16,368 nt of DNA from an uncultured delta proteobacterium. Its GTDB lineage: Bacteria > Desulfobacterota > Syntrophobacteria > BM002. Made by a program: the position numbers and the translations under genes. Shown one piece after another: positions 1-7,911 of this stretch. Location of the stretch: positions 1 through 16,368 of the forward strand of contig CAVQGX010000061.1 of assembly GCA_963712115.1 (NCBI GenBank), given 5' to 3'. Position 1 is the first letter of the stretch. Each line of letters opens with the position of its first letter. The notes beneath the pieces were generated by a model. The model was not told the DNA's origin and did no database searches. It saw nothing but the letters and a program-made list of their open reading frames with translations.

Positions 1-75
1 AATGTTCAATGATCTTGATCTTTTCCCAAGTAATGTGGTAGAGTTCTGCCACTAGGTGGAGGGATTTAATCTGCC

Positions 76-480
76 ATGATAGTATTTGATCTGCGATGCA
101 CCAAAGATCATCGATTCGAAGGTTGGTTTGACAACATTGATGATCTACAGAGTCAGTTGGCGCAGGGACAGATTGACTGCCCTTACTGCGGAGATATTAG
201 TATCGAGCGAGTTCTTTCCCCGGTGTCGATCAAGAAAAAAACATCTCCGCCCGACGACTTGAAGGGCGCTTATAAAACCTGGCGGAATTTGTGTCGCTAT
301 GTCCAAGACAACTTCGAAGATGTGGGCCACAATTTCGCCAAGGAAGCCTTAAAAGTTCATTATGGCCAGACAGTAGAGCGTAACATCAGGGGAGTCACCA
401 CGGAACTAGAGGAAGACATGCTCAAAAAGGAGGGTGTTCCTTTCGTAAAAATTCCCATGCCCCAAGAAATGGACAGCTGA
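76..480 (+). CDS. DUF1178 family protein (N-terminal Zn-ribbon)
   Basis: MIVFDLRC-x3-H-RFEGWF...CPYCG N-terminus and C-terminal EDVGHNFAKEALKVHYG...RNIRG...EG match the DUF1178 pattern; SD-like GGAGGG at 58-63. Confidence 0.88.
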   Translation: MIVFDLRCTKDHRFEGWFDNIDDLQSQLAQGQIDCPYCGDISIERVLSPVSIKKKTSPPDDLKGAYKTWRNLCRYVQDNFEDVGHNFAKEALKVHYGQTVERNIRGVTTELEEDMLKKEGVPFVKIPMPQEMDS

Positions 481-644
481 TAGGGGTCATCACGAGCCTC
501 TGGCCACTACCATCGCTTACTGGACTCTTGATGGCTGCATGTTCATCTGCTGGATTTTTTGGTTGTCGCTTTCATGTTCTAATTGCAGGAAGACTACAGA
601 AGTTTTCACTTACCTTGTTAGATTGGAATCGGACGGGCTGATTT

Positions 645-1160
645 ATGGAGAGAGTTCTCCTGCTCAATGCTACCTATGAGCCACTTCGAGTAATCTCCTG
701 GAAAAGGGCGATTACTCTCCTCACCTTGGACAAAGTGGAAGTTCTGGAAACTTATGATCGTACGGTGAGGTCCGTCACCTTGGCGATCAGACTGCCTGCT
801 GTGGTTAGACTCTTGAACCTTGTTCGGTTCCGTAAACACACCATTCGCTTCTCTCGGGAAAACATATACATTCGGGACAAATATAAATGCCAATATTGTG
901 GTGGAAGAATGGACGGTTGTGACCTGACTTACGACCACGTTATACCCAAGGCGATGGGTGGCAAAACAGCTTGGGAGAACATCGTGACTTGCTGTCTGCC
1001 ATGCAACAAGAAAAAGGGGGGGCGTACGCCGGCCCAGGCAAGGATGAGTTTAATTGGTGAGGCGAAGAGACCCAGCTGGCATCCCATGCTGATGATAACA
1101 CTAAGAATCCCCAATACGCCCGATTTGTGGCGCAATTATCTCTTTTACCATTCGGCCTGA
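645..1160 (+). CDS. HNH endonuclease (McrA-like, stand-alone)
   Basis: VLLLNATYEPL N-terminus, SRENIYIRD-x3-CQYCG, TYDHVIP-x3-GG-x3-WENIVTCC-x2-CN-x2-KG-RTP; two CxxC Zn ligand pairs and the HNH core. Confidence 0.92.
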   Translation: MERVLLLNATYEPLRVISWKRAITLLTLDKVEVLETYDRTVRSVTLAIRLPAVVRLLNLVRFRKHTIRFSRENIYIRDKYKCQYCGGRMDGCDLTYDHVIPKAMGGKTAWENIVTCCLPCNKKKGGRTPAQARMSLIGEAKRPSWHPMLMITLRIPNTPDLWRNYLFYHSA

Positions 1161-1181
1161 GGGGGTGGCGTAACTCGCACA

Positions 1182-2030
1182 ATGATCATCGACTGTCATA
1201 CCCATATTTTTCCACCTTCCGTTCGCGATAATCGCGGACCTCTGATCAAGGCAGATCCAGCATTTCGATTACTCTATAATTCTGCTAAGGCAAAGTTGGT
1301 AGGCGCTGCTGCATTGATTGAGCAGATGGATCGCTCCAGAGTGGACAAGACTGTTGTATTTGGTTTCCCCTGGAATGATCCGGAACTCATGCGACGCCAT
1401 AACGATTACGTCGGAGAGGCCGCAAGCCGTTTTCCTGACAGGCTGCTGCCCTTCGTATGCGTTGATCCCAAAGTTGCCCAGGCCGCAGAGGAAGTGGAGC
1501 GGTGTTTGGCCACCGGGATGCGAGGCGTAGGCGAGTTGGCTTTTTACACGGAGGTTTTGGACTCCAGTGTGGTGGGAGTTTTGGAGCCCATTGCCTCTAG
1601 CTGTCGCCACCACGGGGTTCCTCTTATGATTCACACCAACGAGAGGGTGGGGCATTGGTACCCTGGAAAGTCAGAAGCATCTTTAAAGGTCATCTACGAG
1701 ATAATCCGAGCCTTTCCTCAAAATCGTTTCATTCTCTGTCACTGGGGCGGAGGCCTCTTTTTTTACGAGCTACTGAAGAAAGAAGCGCGTGAGGTTCTGT
1801 CACAAGTTGCATACGATACTGCTGCCTCCCCATTCCTCTACGATCCCGCAGTTTACGACGTTGCTGTGAAGATCGTTGGTGCCCAAAGAGTACTCTTTGG
1901 AAGCGACTATCCGCTTATTCTGCCCGAACGCTATTTTGAGGAGATGGCCGCTGCCGGGTTGAGCGAAGAGGATCAAGCCTGGATCAAGGGGCGCTCAGCC
2001 AGCAAATGGCTTAAACTGGAGGACAATTAG
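1182..2030 (+). CDS. Amidohydrolase family 2 (TIM-barrel metal-dependent hydrolase)
   Basis: IIDCHTH (DxHxH), GVGEL, IHTNE, HWGGG, YDTAA, LFGSDYP motifs; 21 nt downstream of the HNH gene. Confidence 0.92.
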   Translation: MIIDCHTHIFPPSVRDNRGPLIKADPAFRLLYNSAKAKLVGAAALIEQMDRSRVDKTVVFGFPWNDPELMRRHNDYVGEAASRFPDRLLPFVCVDPKVAQAAEEVERCLATGMRGVGELAFYTEVLDSSVVGVLEPIASSCRHHGVPLMIHTNERVGHWYPGKSEASLKVIYEIIRAFPQNRFILCHWGGGLFFYELLKKEAREVLSQVAYDTAASPFLYDPAVYDVAVKIVGAQRVLFGSDYPLILPERYFEEMAAAGLSEEDQAWIKGRSASKWLKLEDN

Positions 2031-2117
2031 TGTTCGTCCATAAATGATTCACTGTCATCCTTCGTTACTCCCTTCCGGTGAATGAGGTGGAAATGAGCTG
2101 GTTTACCGATGAACACT
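2029..2117. repeat. Imperfect terminal inverted repeat element (REP/MITE-like), ~89 bp
   Basis: AGTGTTCGTCCATAAA (2029-2044) vs reverse complement of TTTACCGATGAACACT (2102-2117): 13/16 match; inner ATTCAC/GTGAAT pair (2047-2052/2078-2083). Starts at the amidohydrolase stop codon. Confidence 0.4.
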
Positions 2118-2166
2118 GAGCAGTCTCGTGTGAGTATTTGCTAGATATTCAAGGGGGATACATACA

Positions 2167-2559
2167 ATGGATTCCTTGAAAAGCAGTCTAAAAAAAGCGC
2201 TGGAAACGGAACTGACCAGTATTCCCAAGCCATTTCGATATGGGCCAGTGATACATCAAACAATAAAATGTTTTCTGTACACTATGGTCAAAGAGGCCGA
2301 CCTCTGGCCAGTCCCTGATTTTAAGCCCCCCAGGATGAGCGATGGATTTCTCGACCTAATCGGAGTTGACTCTGGTGATAAGGTAAAATGTGCTTTTGCC
2401 ATTGGCCCGGTAGTGGAACTCAAAGCAGTCAAAAGCCTGGAAGCCTTGGATGTGGAGGAGAAGTGGGTTATCACCTTTAGTACTTTGGACAAGAAGGTCA
2501 AGGAGTCCACTTTCTTTCTCAAGCCAGGTATAGAGCATCTTCATTTGGAACAAAAGTAG
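2167..2559 (+). CDS. Hypothetical protein, possible degenerate PD-(D/E)xK-like fold
   Basis: 130-aa ORF with SD AAGGGGG and ATG; segment GFLDLIGVD...KCAFAIG resembles G-x-hDhh...hAhEh of PD-(D/E)xK proteins but has Ala at the Glu position. Confidence 0.7.
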   Translation: MDSLKSSLKKALETELTSIPKPFRYGPVIHQTIKCFLYTMVKEADLWPVPDFKPPRMSDGFLDLIGVDSGDKVKCAFAIGPVVELKAVKSLEALDVEEKWVITFSTLDKKVKESTFFLKPGIEHLHLEQK

Positions 2560-2561
2560 GC

Positions 2562-2586
2562 CAATCCGAAATCCGAAATCCCAAAT
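2562..2586. repeat. Heptamer tandem repeat (AAATCCG)x~3.5
   Basis: caatccg|aaatccg|aaatccc|aaat immediately after the stop codon; related copy at 10112-10138. Confidence 0.75.
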
Positions 2587-2630
2587 AAATTACCCTGGCC
2601 AAGTGGAAGCTGGGCGGGAGAAGATAACCT

Positions 2631-2648
2631 TTGTTAAAATATTAACAA
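2631..2648. promoter_or_regulatory. Perfect 7-4-7 palindrome TTGTTAA-AATA-TTAACAA, candidate Rex (NADH/NAD+ sensor) operator
   Basis: Exact dyad; fits the Rex consensus TTGT(G/T)AA-N4-TT(C/A)ACAA; lies 23 bp upstream of a TTGACT -35-like hexamer (2672-2677) in the transporter upstream region. Confidence 0.65.
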
Positions 2649-2869
2649 GCTGAAAATAAAGGTTTTTCTCCTTGACTTTGTCGGGTGTATGTGAAATACA
2701 GAATCAATACGCGCCCTTTTAGAAAATTCTTTTCTCAGAGTTCTATACAACTTCCTAATCAACCTATATCGGGTTTTTTCTGTTCGGCGAGTTCAAAAGA
2801 TATGACATACCAGTTCAGTCGGGATATTTTACAGCTAATAGGGCGCAAGCGCTAATCGGCGTTAATATA

Positions 2870-3128
2870 ATTGCAGCGAGAGGAGGTGATAAGCAGGTCC
2901 TTTAAGAGCAGGCAGCTCTTTTTGGGCTGCCGGTCGGCTGGTGCTGTCTCCTCTGCAATGTTTCAGATTATTTCCTTGAGGGGTGGTGGAATCCGATCTC
3001 GCATCTTAAACTGGTCTTTTACAATCATCATGAGATATTGTTAGCAGCGGACTTAGCCTCAGGCTAGGTTCGCTAGGCCATGGAAGAAGGCACCTCGAGG
3101 CAGTAAGCCTGATCGGCTTATGTGGTCT
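2870..3128 (+). other. Structured putative 5' leader RNA of the MFS transporter (family unassigned)
   Basis: Stem ATTGC..AGAGGAG (2870-2885) / CTCCTCTGCAAT (2948-2959) enclosing hairpin GGCAGCTC-T5-GGGCTGCC (2911-2931); 13-bp hairpin 3046-3074 with two G-U pairs; hairpin TAAGCC/GGCTTA 3104-3120. Confidence 0.35.
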
Positions 3129-3348
3129 CCCGGATGCTCTGTGAATCACAACCCGATCTTCCATAGGCCTATTCCTCCTTACCCCAAAATGGTTTCATTC
3201 CTGGCTTCAATTCATTTATCTGTGAGGTACCAGGAAGTTAATACCAGACATAGGGCGAGAGATGGACCGATCACCAGGAAATGGCATGAGGGGATTGTGC
3301 CAGAGATGAAAGTGGACTAATAGGAAATAGGAACTAGGAGGAAACATT

Positions 3349-4641
3349 ATGACCATAGGTTTTGGAAAATATGCCATAGGATACAATCAGCCGGTAGACA
3401 AGCTTCCCGGACGAGCGTGGCTTACTATTCTTAGTGGTACGGTCATCAATCTCTGTCTAGGTTGTTTGTACGCCTGGTCTGTGTGGCTCAAATACCTCAC
3501 CGACGAGGCCTATATGCTGGCCCACGGCTGGGCCGGAGCACTCACCGCTGAGCAGGCCTCGAACCCCAAGTCCCTGTGTATTCTTATCTTCGCCTTGCTG
3601 ATGATCCCCGGAGGTAAGATCCAGGATAAATACGGACCCACAGCCGCCGCTACCATCGGCGCTATCGCCATGGGCATTGGTCTGCTCATCGCTGGTGCAG
3701 GCAAGAGTTACGCAGCCGTTCTCTGGGGCTTCGGCGTTGGCGGCGGTATCGCCATGGGTGTAGCCTATGCTGCTCCGGTGCCCGCTACCGGTAAGTGGGT
3801 CGGCCCTCACCAGAGGGGACTCCTGATAGGCATTACCGTCTCGGGCTACGGAGGCGCGGCGTTTTACGTGGCTCCGCTGATCAAGTGGATTATCGTGGAT
3901 TACTCCCTCTCAGCCTCCTTCACCACGCTCGGTATAGCCTACTTGATCATCATCTTCTTGGCCGGGCTGTGCTTGAAATGGCCTGAACCGGGGTATGTGG
4001 GACCACAGCCGACTGCCGTAGCTGGGGCATCGGCGCCGCCGAAGACCCTGGAAGACTGGACCGCAGGAGAGATGGTCAAGACCTGGCAGTTTTACGCGCT
4101 GATTTTGCTCTTCTGCTTGAACACTCAGGCCGGTCTTTTGATTATCGGTCACGCGGCCAAGTTCATCGCACCGTTGATGGCGTCAGGATTCATCCTGGTG
4201 TCCGCTGGCGGTTTGTTCAACGCTCTCGGCCGTATCGGTACCGGCAAGTACTCGGATATCATCGGCAGGGACAGGGCCTACATCCTCAATGCCGCAATCG
4301 CTGCTTGCTGCTTTTTCGCACTGCCGAGCATACTTGCGGCCAAGTCCCTCTTCCTGGCTTTTCTCGCCTGTATCCTGGCCTACTGGGTGTACGGCGGCGG
4401 CCTTTCCCTGCTGCCCTCCTACACGCTCGACTTTTACGGCCCCAAGAACCTGGGCTTTAACTACGGTCTGGTGTTCATCGGCTGGGGTCTGGGAGCGTTC
4501 ATGCCCAAGCTGGCAGGTTACATTAAGGACCATACCGGAAGCTACGACATGGCCTTCTATACTGGGGGCGGACTGCTGATCTTAGCTATCCTCATTGCCC
4601 TGGTCACCAAGAGACCACACAAGGTTGGTGAGGCGCGTTAG
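3349..4641 (+). CDS. MFS transporter, oxalate/formate antiporter (OFA) / monocarboxylate transporter-like family
   Basis: About 12 hydrophobic segments; LGCLYAWSV, GGKIQDKYGP (motif A), NALGRIGTGKYSDIIGR, DFYGPKNLGFNYGLVF; strong SD GGAGG; followed by a terminator. Confidence 0.92.
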   Translation: MTIGFGKYAIGYNQPVDKLPGRAWLTILSGTVINLCLGCLYAWSVWLKYLTDEAYMLAHGWAGALTAEQASNPKSLCILIFALLMIPGGKIQDKYGPTAAATIGAIAMGIGLLIAGAGKSYAAVLWGFGVGGGIAMGVAYAAPVPATGKWVGPHQRGLLIGITVSGYGGAAFYVAPLIKWIIVDYSLSASFTTLGIAYLIIIFLAGLCLKWPEPGYVGPQPTAVAGASAPPKTLEDWTAGEMVKTWQFYALILLFCLNTQAGLLIIGHAAKFIAPLMASGFILVSAGGLFNALGRIGTGKYSDIIGRDRAYILNAAIAACCFFALPSILAAKSLFLAFLACILAYWVYGGGLSLLPSYTLDFYGPKNLGFNYGLVFIGWGLGAFMPKLAGYIKDHTGSYDMAFYTGGGLLILAILIALVTKRPHKVGEAR

Positions 4642-4650
4642 CACGACCGG

Positions 4651-4672
4651 TTAACCATTAACCATTGAACCA
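4651..4672. repeat. Short tandem repeat (TTAACCA)x3
   Basis: ttaacca|ttaacca|ttgaacca between the stop codon and the terminator. Confidence 0.6.
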
Positions 4673-4710
4673 AAGAGCGGGAAGGGTTTTCCTTTCCCGC
4701 TCTTTTTTTT
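4672..4710 (+). terminator. Rho-independent terminator
   Basis: AAAGAGCGGGAAGGG-TTTT-CCTTTCCCGCTCTTT stem followed by a T-run, ~30 nt after the MFS stop. Confidence 0.92.
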
Positions 4711-4732
4711 GGCGTGCTGGAGTATTGGTTTT

Positions 4733-4765
4733 CTTGCGCCTTGCGCCCAGAGCCTTGCGCCTAGC
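4733..4765. repeat. Heptamer tandem repeat (CTTGCGC)x~4
   Basis: cttgcgc|cttgcgc|ccagagc|cttgcgc|ctagc abutting the stop codon of the minus-strand gene. Confidence 0.75.
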
Positions 4766-5374
4766 CTAATGATACGCTGCAAACCTGGCCACGGCGTCAA
4801 CCACCGGGGCTAAAGTCTGGCGCAAGAATGGTATGCCGGAGAAACGGTCAAATAGAACCATGGCTAGGATTATGAAGGGCCCTGCCTTGAAAAATATTCT
4901 CCAGATAACTTCTTGGGATCGGGGAATCGCCAAATAGATCAACCTGGAGGCGGCCATGGGAGGAATAGGCATGATGTGGTAGGCTGTGGCTGTCACGCTC
5001 AGGCTCAAAAGAACCTCGATGACACGGTCTGTCCAGAGAAAGTACTTTATGTATGCAGCAGTGAGGGCTACCACCAAGCTTGCGAAGGGAGCAATGAGTG
5101 ATATGATGAGCCATCCCAGCTTCTGTTTTTTGAACCTGATCTTTTGATCATCCACCTGCTTGCCCCAGCCGAAACCTGCGAGGAAGAAGACGATGGTGCC
5201 CACGATGTCCAAGACGGCTGGAGGGTTGAAATCGAAACCTACTTCATCCTCGGGAGGCGGGTCGGCAAAACTATGGGCGAAAAACCGGGTAAAACCAGCG
5301 CCAAAGGTAACAATGACAAGGATGGACACGCAGTAGTAGAGTATTTCTTCTGCGGTAAACTGAGTTAGAGGCAA
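4766..5374 (-). CDS. Site-2 protease (M50, YwhC-like) homolog lacking catalytic residues (pseudoprotease)
   Basis: Scaffold motifs NP-x3-LD-x2-GT...GFGWGK-x-V and PIPP retained; HExxH replaced by GAGFT, AGPxxN by IAPFAS, NLLPIPPLDG by HIMPIPPMAA. TTG start with SD AAGGAG. Confidence 0.8.
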   Translation of the reverse strand: MPLTQFTAEEILYYCVSILVIVTFGAGFTRFFAHSFADPPPEDEVGFDFNPPAVLDIVGTIVFFLAGFGWGKQVDDQKIRFKKQKLGWLIISLIAPFASLVVALTAAYIKYFLWTDRVIEVLLSLSVTATAYHIMPIPPMAASRLIYLAIPRSQEVIWRIFFKAGPFIILAMVLFDRFSGIPFLRQTLAPVVDAVARFAAYH

Positions 5375-5452
5375 GGTAACTCCTTCGGGGTCGATAGAAA
5401 TCAGAAAAAGATTGTCAGCTCTGTGTTGTCAGGTCAAAAAGGGTCCATCCAC

Positions 5453-5737
5453 TCAAAGGTTGAGTAGTTCCCCAAACCTTTTGTGCAGGCTGTTTGAGAC
5501 GCGTGTATAGACAAACCCGCGAGCTACCAAGGGAAGCAGGATTAGACCGTAAAGATAGACGTCGGAAGCCTTGAAGGTCTGAATAACAACCATCACGCTC
5601 AGAATGACCAAGGCAGTTACAAGGTTACTCATAAAATTGCTGAGGTCATGAAGTTTCTGTTCCATATATTCACTTAGTTGGGTATGGTTCACTATCAGCT
5701 TGTCACCTTTCCGCTTATAATCAATTATTACTTTCAA
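5453..5737 (-). CDS. Small hypothetical membrane protein (2 predicted TM helices)
   Basis: 94 aa, TTG start with SD GGGGAG; hydrophobic LVTALVILSVMVVI and VYLYGLILLPLVA segments. Confidence 0.65.
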   Translation of the reverse strand: MKVIIDYKRKGDKLIVNHTQLSEYMEQKLHDLSNFMSNLVTALVILSVMVVIQTFKASDVYLYGLILLPLVARGFVYTRVSNSLHKRFGELLNL

Positions 5738-5987
5738 TCCACTCCCCGCTTTCTGTTAGCTAGTTTCCGGACGGACACCAGTTAGAGCTGCTATGAGATC
5801 TATGACAGAGTGACCGTAGCCAGCATAACCAGATGAATACGAACCTGTTTCTGCGCTATTTCTTGGAAATTTATGCTAAAATAACTCCAGTGTCAATCGC
5901 TGGAATAAATCGCTGCGTAATAGTAGGGTTGTCTTCCTGACAGAGCCTCGATCTAGAGCAGTTTCAATTAGTGGTGGAACAGATCAA

Positions 5988-7667
5988 ATGACAAACCGCC
6001 GTGTCTTAATTATCGACTCCCAGGAGCAGGACCTCCAGAGTTTGAAGCAAATACTGGAAGATGCTGGCTATCGAGTGGCTGTGGCCCTCAATGGTGAAGA
6101 AGGGTTAAGGCTGGCCCAAGAACTCTTTCCGGAGGTAGTGATTCTGGCAATCCAGAGCCCACATCTCAATGGGCTGCAGATACTCCAGCGTTTAAAAAAA
6201 CGGGGGACAACAAAAGATCTACCAGTGCTAATAATTCTGGACAAATTTGACGAGGAATACGCGGCCCAAGGGCTGCAGATGGGTGCGGCAGATTATCTAT
6301 TGAAGAGTGCTAAGAAGGAACTTTTGGCGCGCAGGGTAGGGGTGTTGGCCCGGATTCGCCAGCAGGCTAGGGAGAAGCGCGAGGTCATTTCGAGATACCA
6401 AGAGTTTTTCGAAGGCGAACAGCACGGCCTGTTTCTGAGCAGCCGGGAGGGACGATTTCTGGACGTGAATCAGAACCTGGCCAAGTTGTTGGGTTATCAG
6501 AGCAGAGATGAACTCCTGGCAATAGACATCAAAAACGATCTTTACAGTGATCCCCAGGATCGCCAGCGCTTTCAGGAGATTATTGAGAGTAAAGGATATA
6601 TCCAAAATTTTAAGGTCAACTTCAAGCGTAAAGATGGACAGAAGATCACCATGCTGCTAAATGGCCGGGTGGTAAGGGACGAGAAAGGTGCGATCATAGG
6701 TTATGAAGGCTACAACATTGAGTTCTCGGACCTGCCGGAAACAGCGGAAGCTCAGCCGCAGCGACCTGAGGAGCAGCGATTTCTGGGCAGACTGTTGAAG
6801 CACTTGATCCCCAAGGTTCTGCCTTTTGTCGGTGAATACTTCTCTCTGATGAAGATGACCGAGCTGATTGCCGAACGCTACGAGAAAGTTGAGCGGTTGG
6901 GGTTGGGGAGTTTTGGAGAAGTCTGGAAGGTGCGAGATATTGAAAGGGAAGGCCGTGCCCCTTATTATGTGGCCAAGATACCCACAAGCAAAAAGCTCAA
7001 CAACCGTTTCCGCAAAGAAGCGGCCATCTGTAAGCTGCTGGAGGATCATCCCAACGCTATTAAGATAATAGATGTGGTGGAAGAGCGTGGTCGTGTTGTA
7101 CTCATACAGGAGTTCGTAGAGGGGCCCAGCCTGAGAGAGCTTCTGGAAGGTTCACTGGACGGGAAGGACAAGGAAAAAATCCTGCTTCAACTGGTGGACA
7201 TTGTTGCCCATGCACATAAACAAAGGATTGTGCATCGAGATATCAAACCGGAAAACGTTATTGTGAGAAGAGACGGCATTGTCAAACTCCTCGACTATGG
7301 TGCGGCCAAGGAGTTGAAAGATAAGGACATTAGCAGCACCATGGTGGGATCCAGACCGTTCATGGCTCCTGAGCAGATCATGGGTGAGAGCCAAATTGCC
7401 AGTGACGTCTGGGCGCTGGGGGTAGTCATGTACGCCATCTACACGGAATACTTGCCTTTCTACCACGATAACGAAAAGGTCCTGATGGATTTGATCCTTA
7501 CCATTGAACCAAAGCCTCCAAGAAAGATCGAGCCTGATATTTCAGTGGAACTAGAGGAGATCATGCTCAAGTGCCTCAAAAAAGACCCGAAAGAAAGATT
7601 TGCTGATGCGAGCATTCTTAAGAGGGTCATCCTGCAAGCTTTTCCCCAATTCGGCAAAACCTGTTAA
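5988..7667 (+). CDS. Pseudo-receiver + PAS/PAC + Hanks-type Ser/Thr protein kinase
   Basis: REC fold aa ~4-120 (VLIIDS...PEVVILA...GAADYLLK); PAS/PAC (GRFLDVN...LLGY...KRKDG); kinase GLGSFGEVW, VAK, KEA, HRDIKPEN, DYG, GSRPFMAPE, SDVWALG. Confidence 0.92.
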   Translation: MTNRRVLIIDSQEQDLQSLKQILEDAGYRVAVALNGEEGLRLAQELFPEVVILAIQSPHLNGLQILQRLKKRGTTKDLPVLIILDKFDEEYAAQGLQMGAADYLLKSAKKELLARRVGVLARIRQQAREKREVISRYQEFFEGEQHGLFLSSREGRFLDVNQNLAKLLGYQSRDELLAIDIKNDLYSDPQDRQRFQEIIESKGYIQNFKVNFKRKDGQKITMLLNGRVVRDEKGAIIGYEGYNIEFSDLPETAEAQPQRPEEQRFLGRLLKHLIPKVLPFVGEYFSLMKMTELIAERYEKVERLGLGSFGEVWKVRDIEREGRAPYYVAKIPTSKKLNNRFRKEAAICKLLEDHPNAIKIIDVVEERGRVVLIQEFVEGPSLRELLEGSLDGKDKEKILLQLVDIVAHAHKQRIVHRDIKPENVIVRRDGIVKLLDYGAAKELKDKDISSTMVGSRPFMAPEQIMGESQIASDVWALGVVMYAIYTEYLPFYHDNEKVLMDLILTIEPKPPRKIEPDISVELEEIMLKCLKKDPKERFADASILKRVILQAFPQFGKTC

Positions 7668-7669
7668 AT

Positions 7670-7694
7670 CCATCACCCATCACTCCAACACTCC
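7670..7694. repeat. 7/8-mer tandem repeat (CCATCACT-like)
   Basis: ccatcac|ccatcact|ccaacact|cc immediately after the kinase stop codon. Confidence 0.65.
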
Positions 7695-7796
7695 GTTGGA
7701 TCATTATTCCAGAGCACCCGACTTTGTTGGTTGGTATTTCATCAAGAAAGTGGAAATCTCGTACGATCAAGGTTTGCAACCGGAAGGTAAGAATGG

Positions 7797-7813
7797 TTGG
7801 CAGGAAAATTGCT
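7797..7813 (+). promoter_or_regulatory. Sigma-54 (-24/-12) promoter for the TPR gene
   Basis: TTGGCAGGAAAATTGCT: GG (7799-7800)-N10-GC (7811-7812), close to consensus YTGGCACG-N4-TTGCW; ~100 nt upstream of the ATG. Confidence 0.7.
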
Positions 7814-7911
7814 TATGTTGACATTGGCACCCAGCGACATTATCTGTCTAGATCACGGGAGAGGTGAGGACATAACAAACCTCTCACTTGTGGTGGCGGA
7901 AGGAGATTCAG

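Noticed and set aside
645-1160. HNH gene as a homing endonuclease, mobile element or restriction system
   Set aside because: Looks like the widespread stand-alone HNH family; no methyltransferase, intron, intein or terminal repeats around it.
2802-2815. TGACATACCAGTT as a GntR/FadR-type operator
   Set aside because: Only a half-site-like match without a clean dyad; too weak to call.
3120-3320. 66-aa ORF upstream of the MFS gene as a leader peptide or small subunit
   Set aside because: No SD at suitable spacing, no hydrophobic segment and no recognisable motif; cannot be fully excluded.
2870-3340. Assignment to a known riboswitch (glycine, SAM-I, c-di-GMP-I, Moco, fluoride, TPP)
   Set aside because: Conserved core nucleotides of these families were not found by eye; left as an unassigned structured leader.
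7818-7846. Sigma-70 promoter TTGACA-17-TATCTG before the TPR gene
   Set aside because: The -10 lacks the conserved final T, and the adjacent sigma-54 motif fits better.
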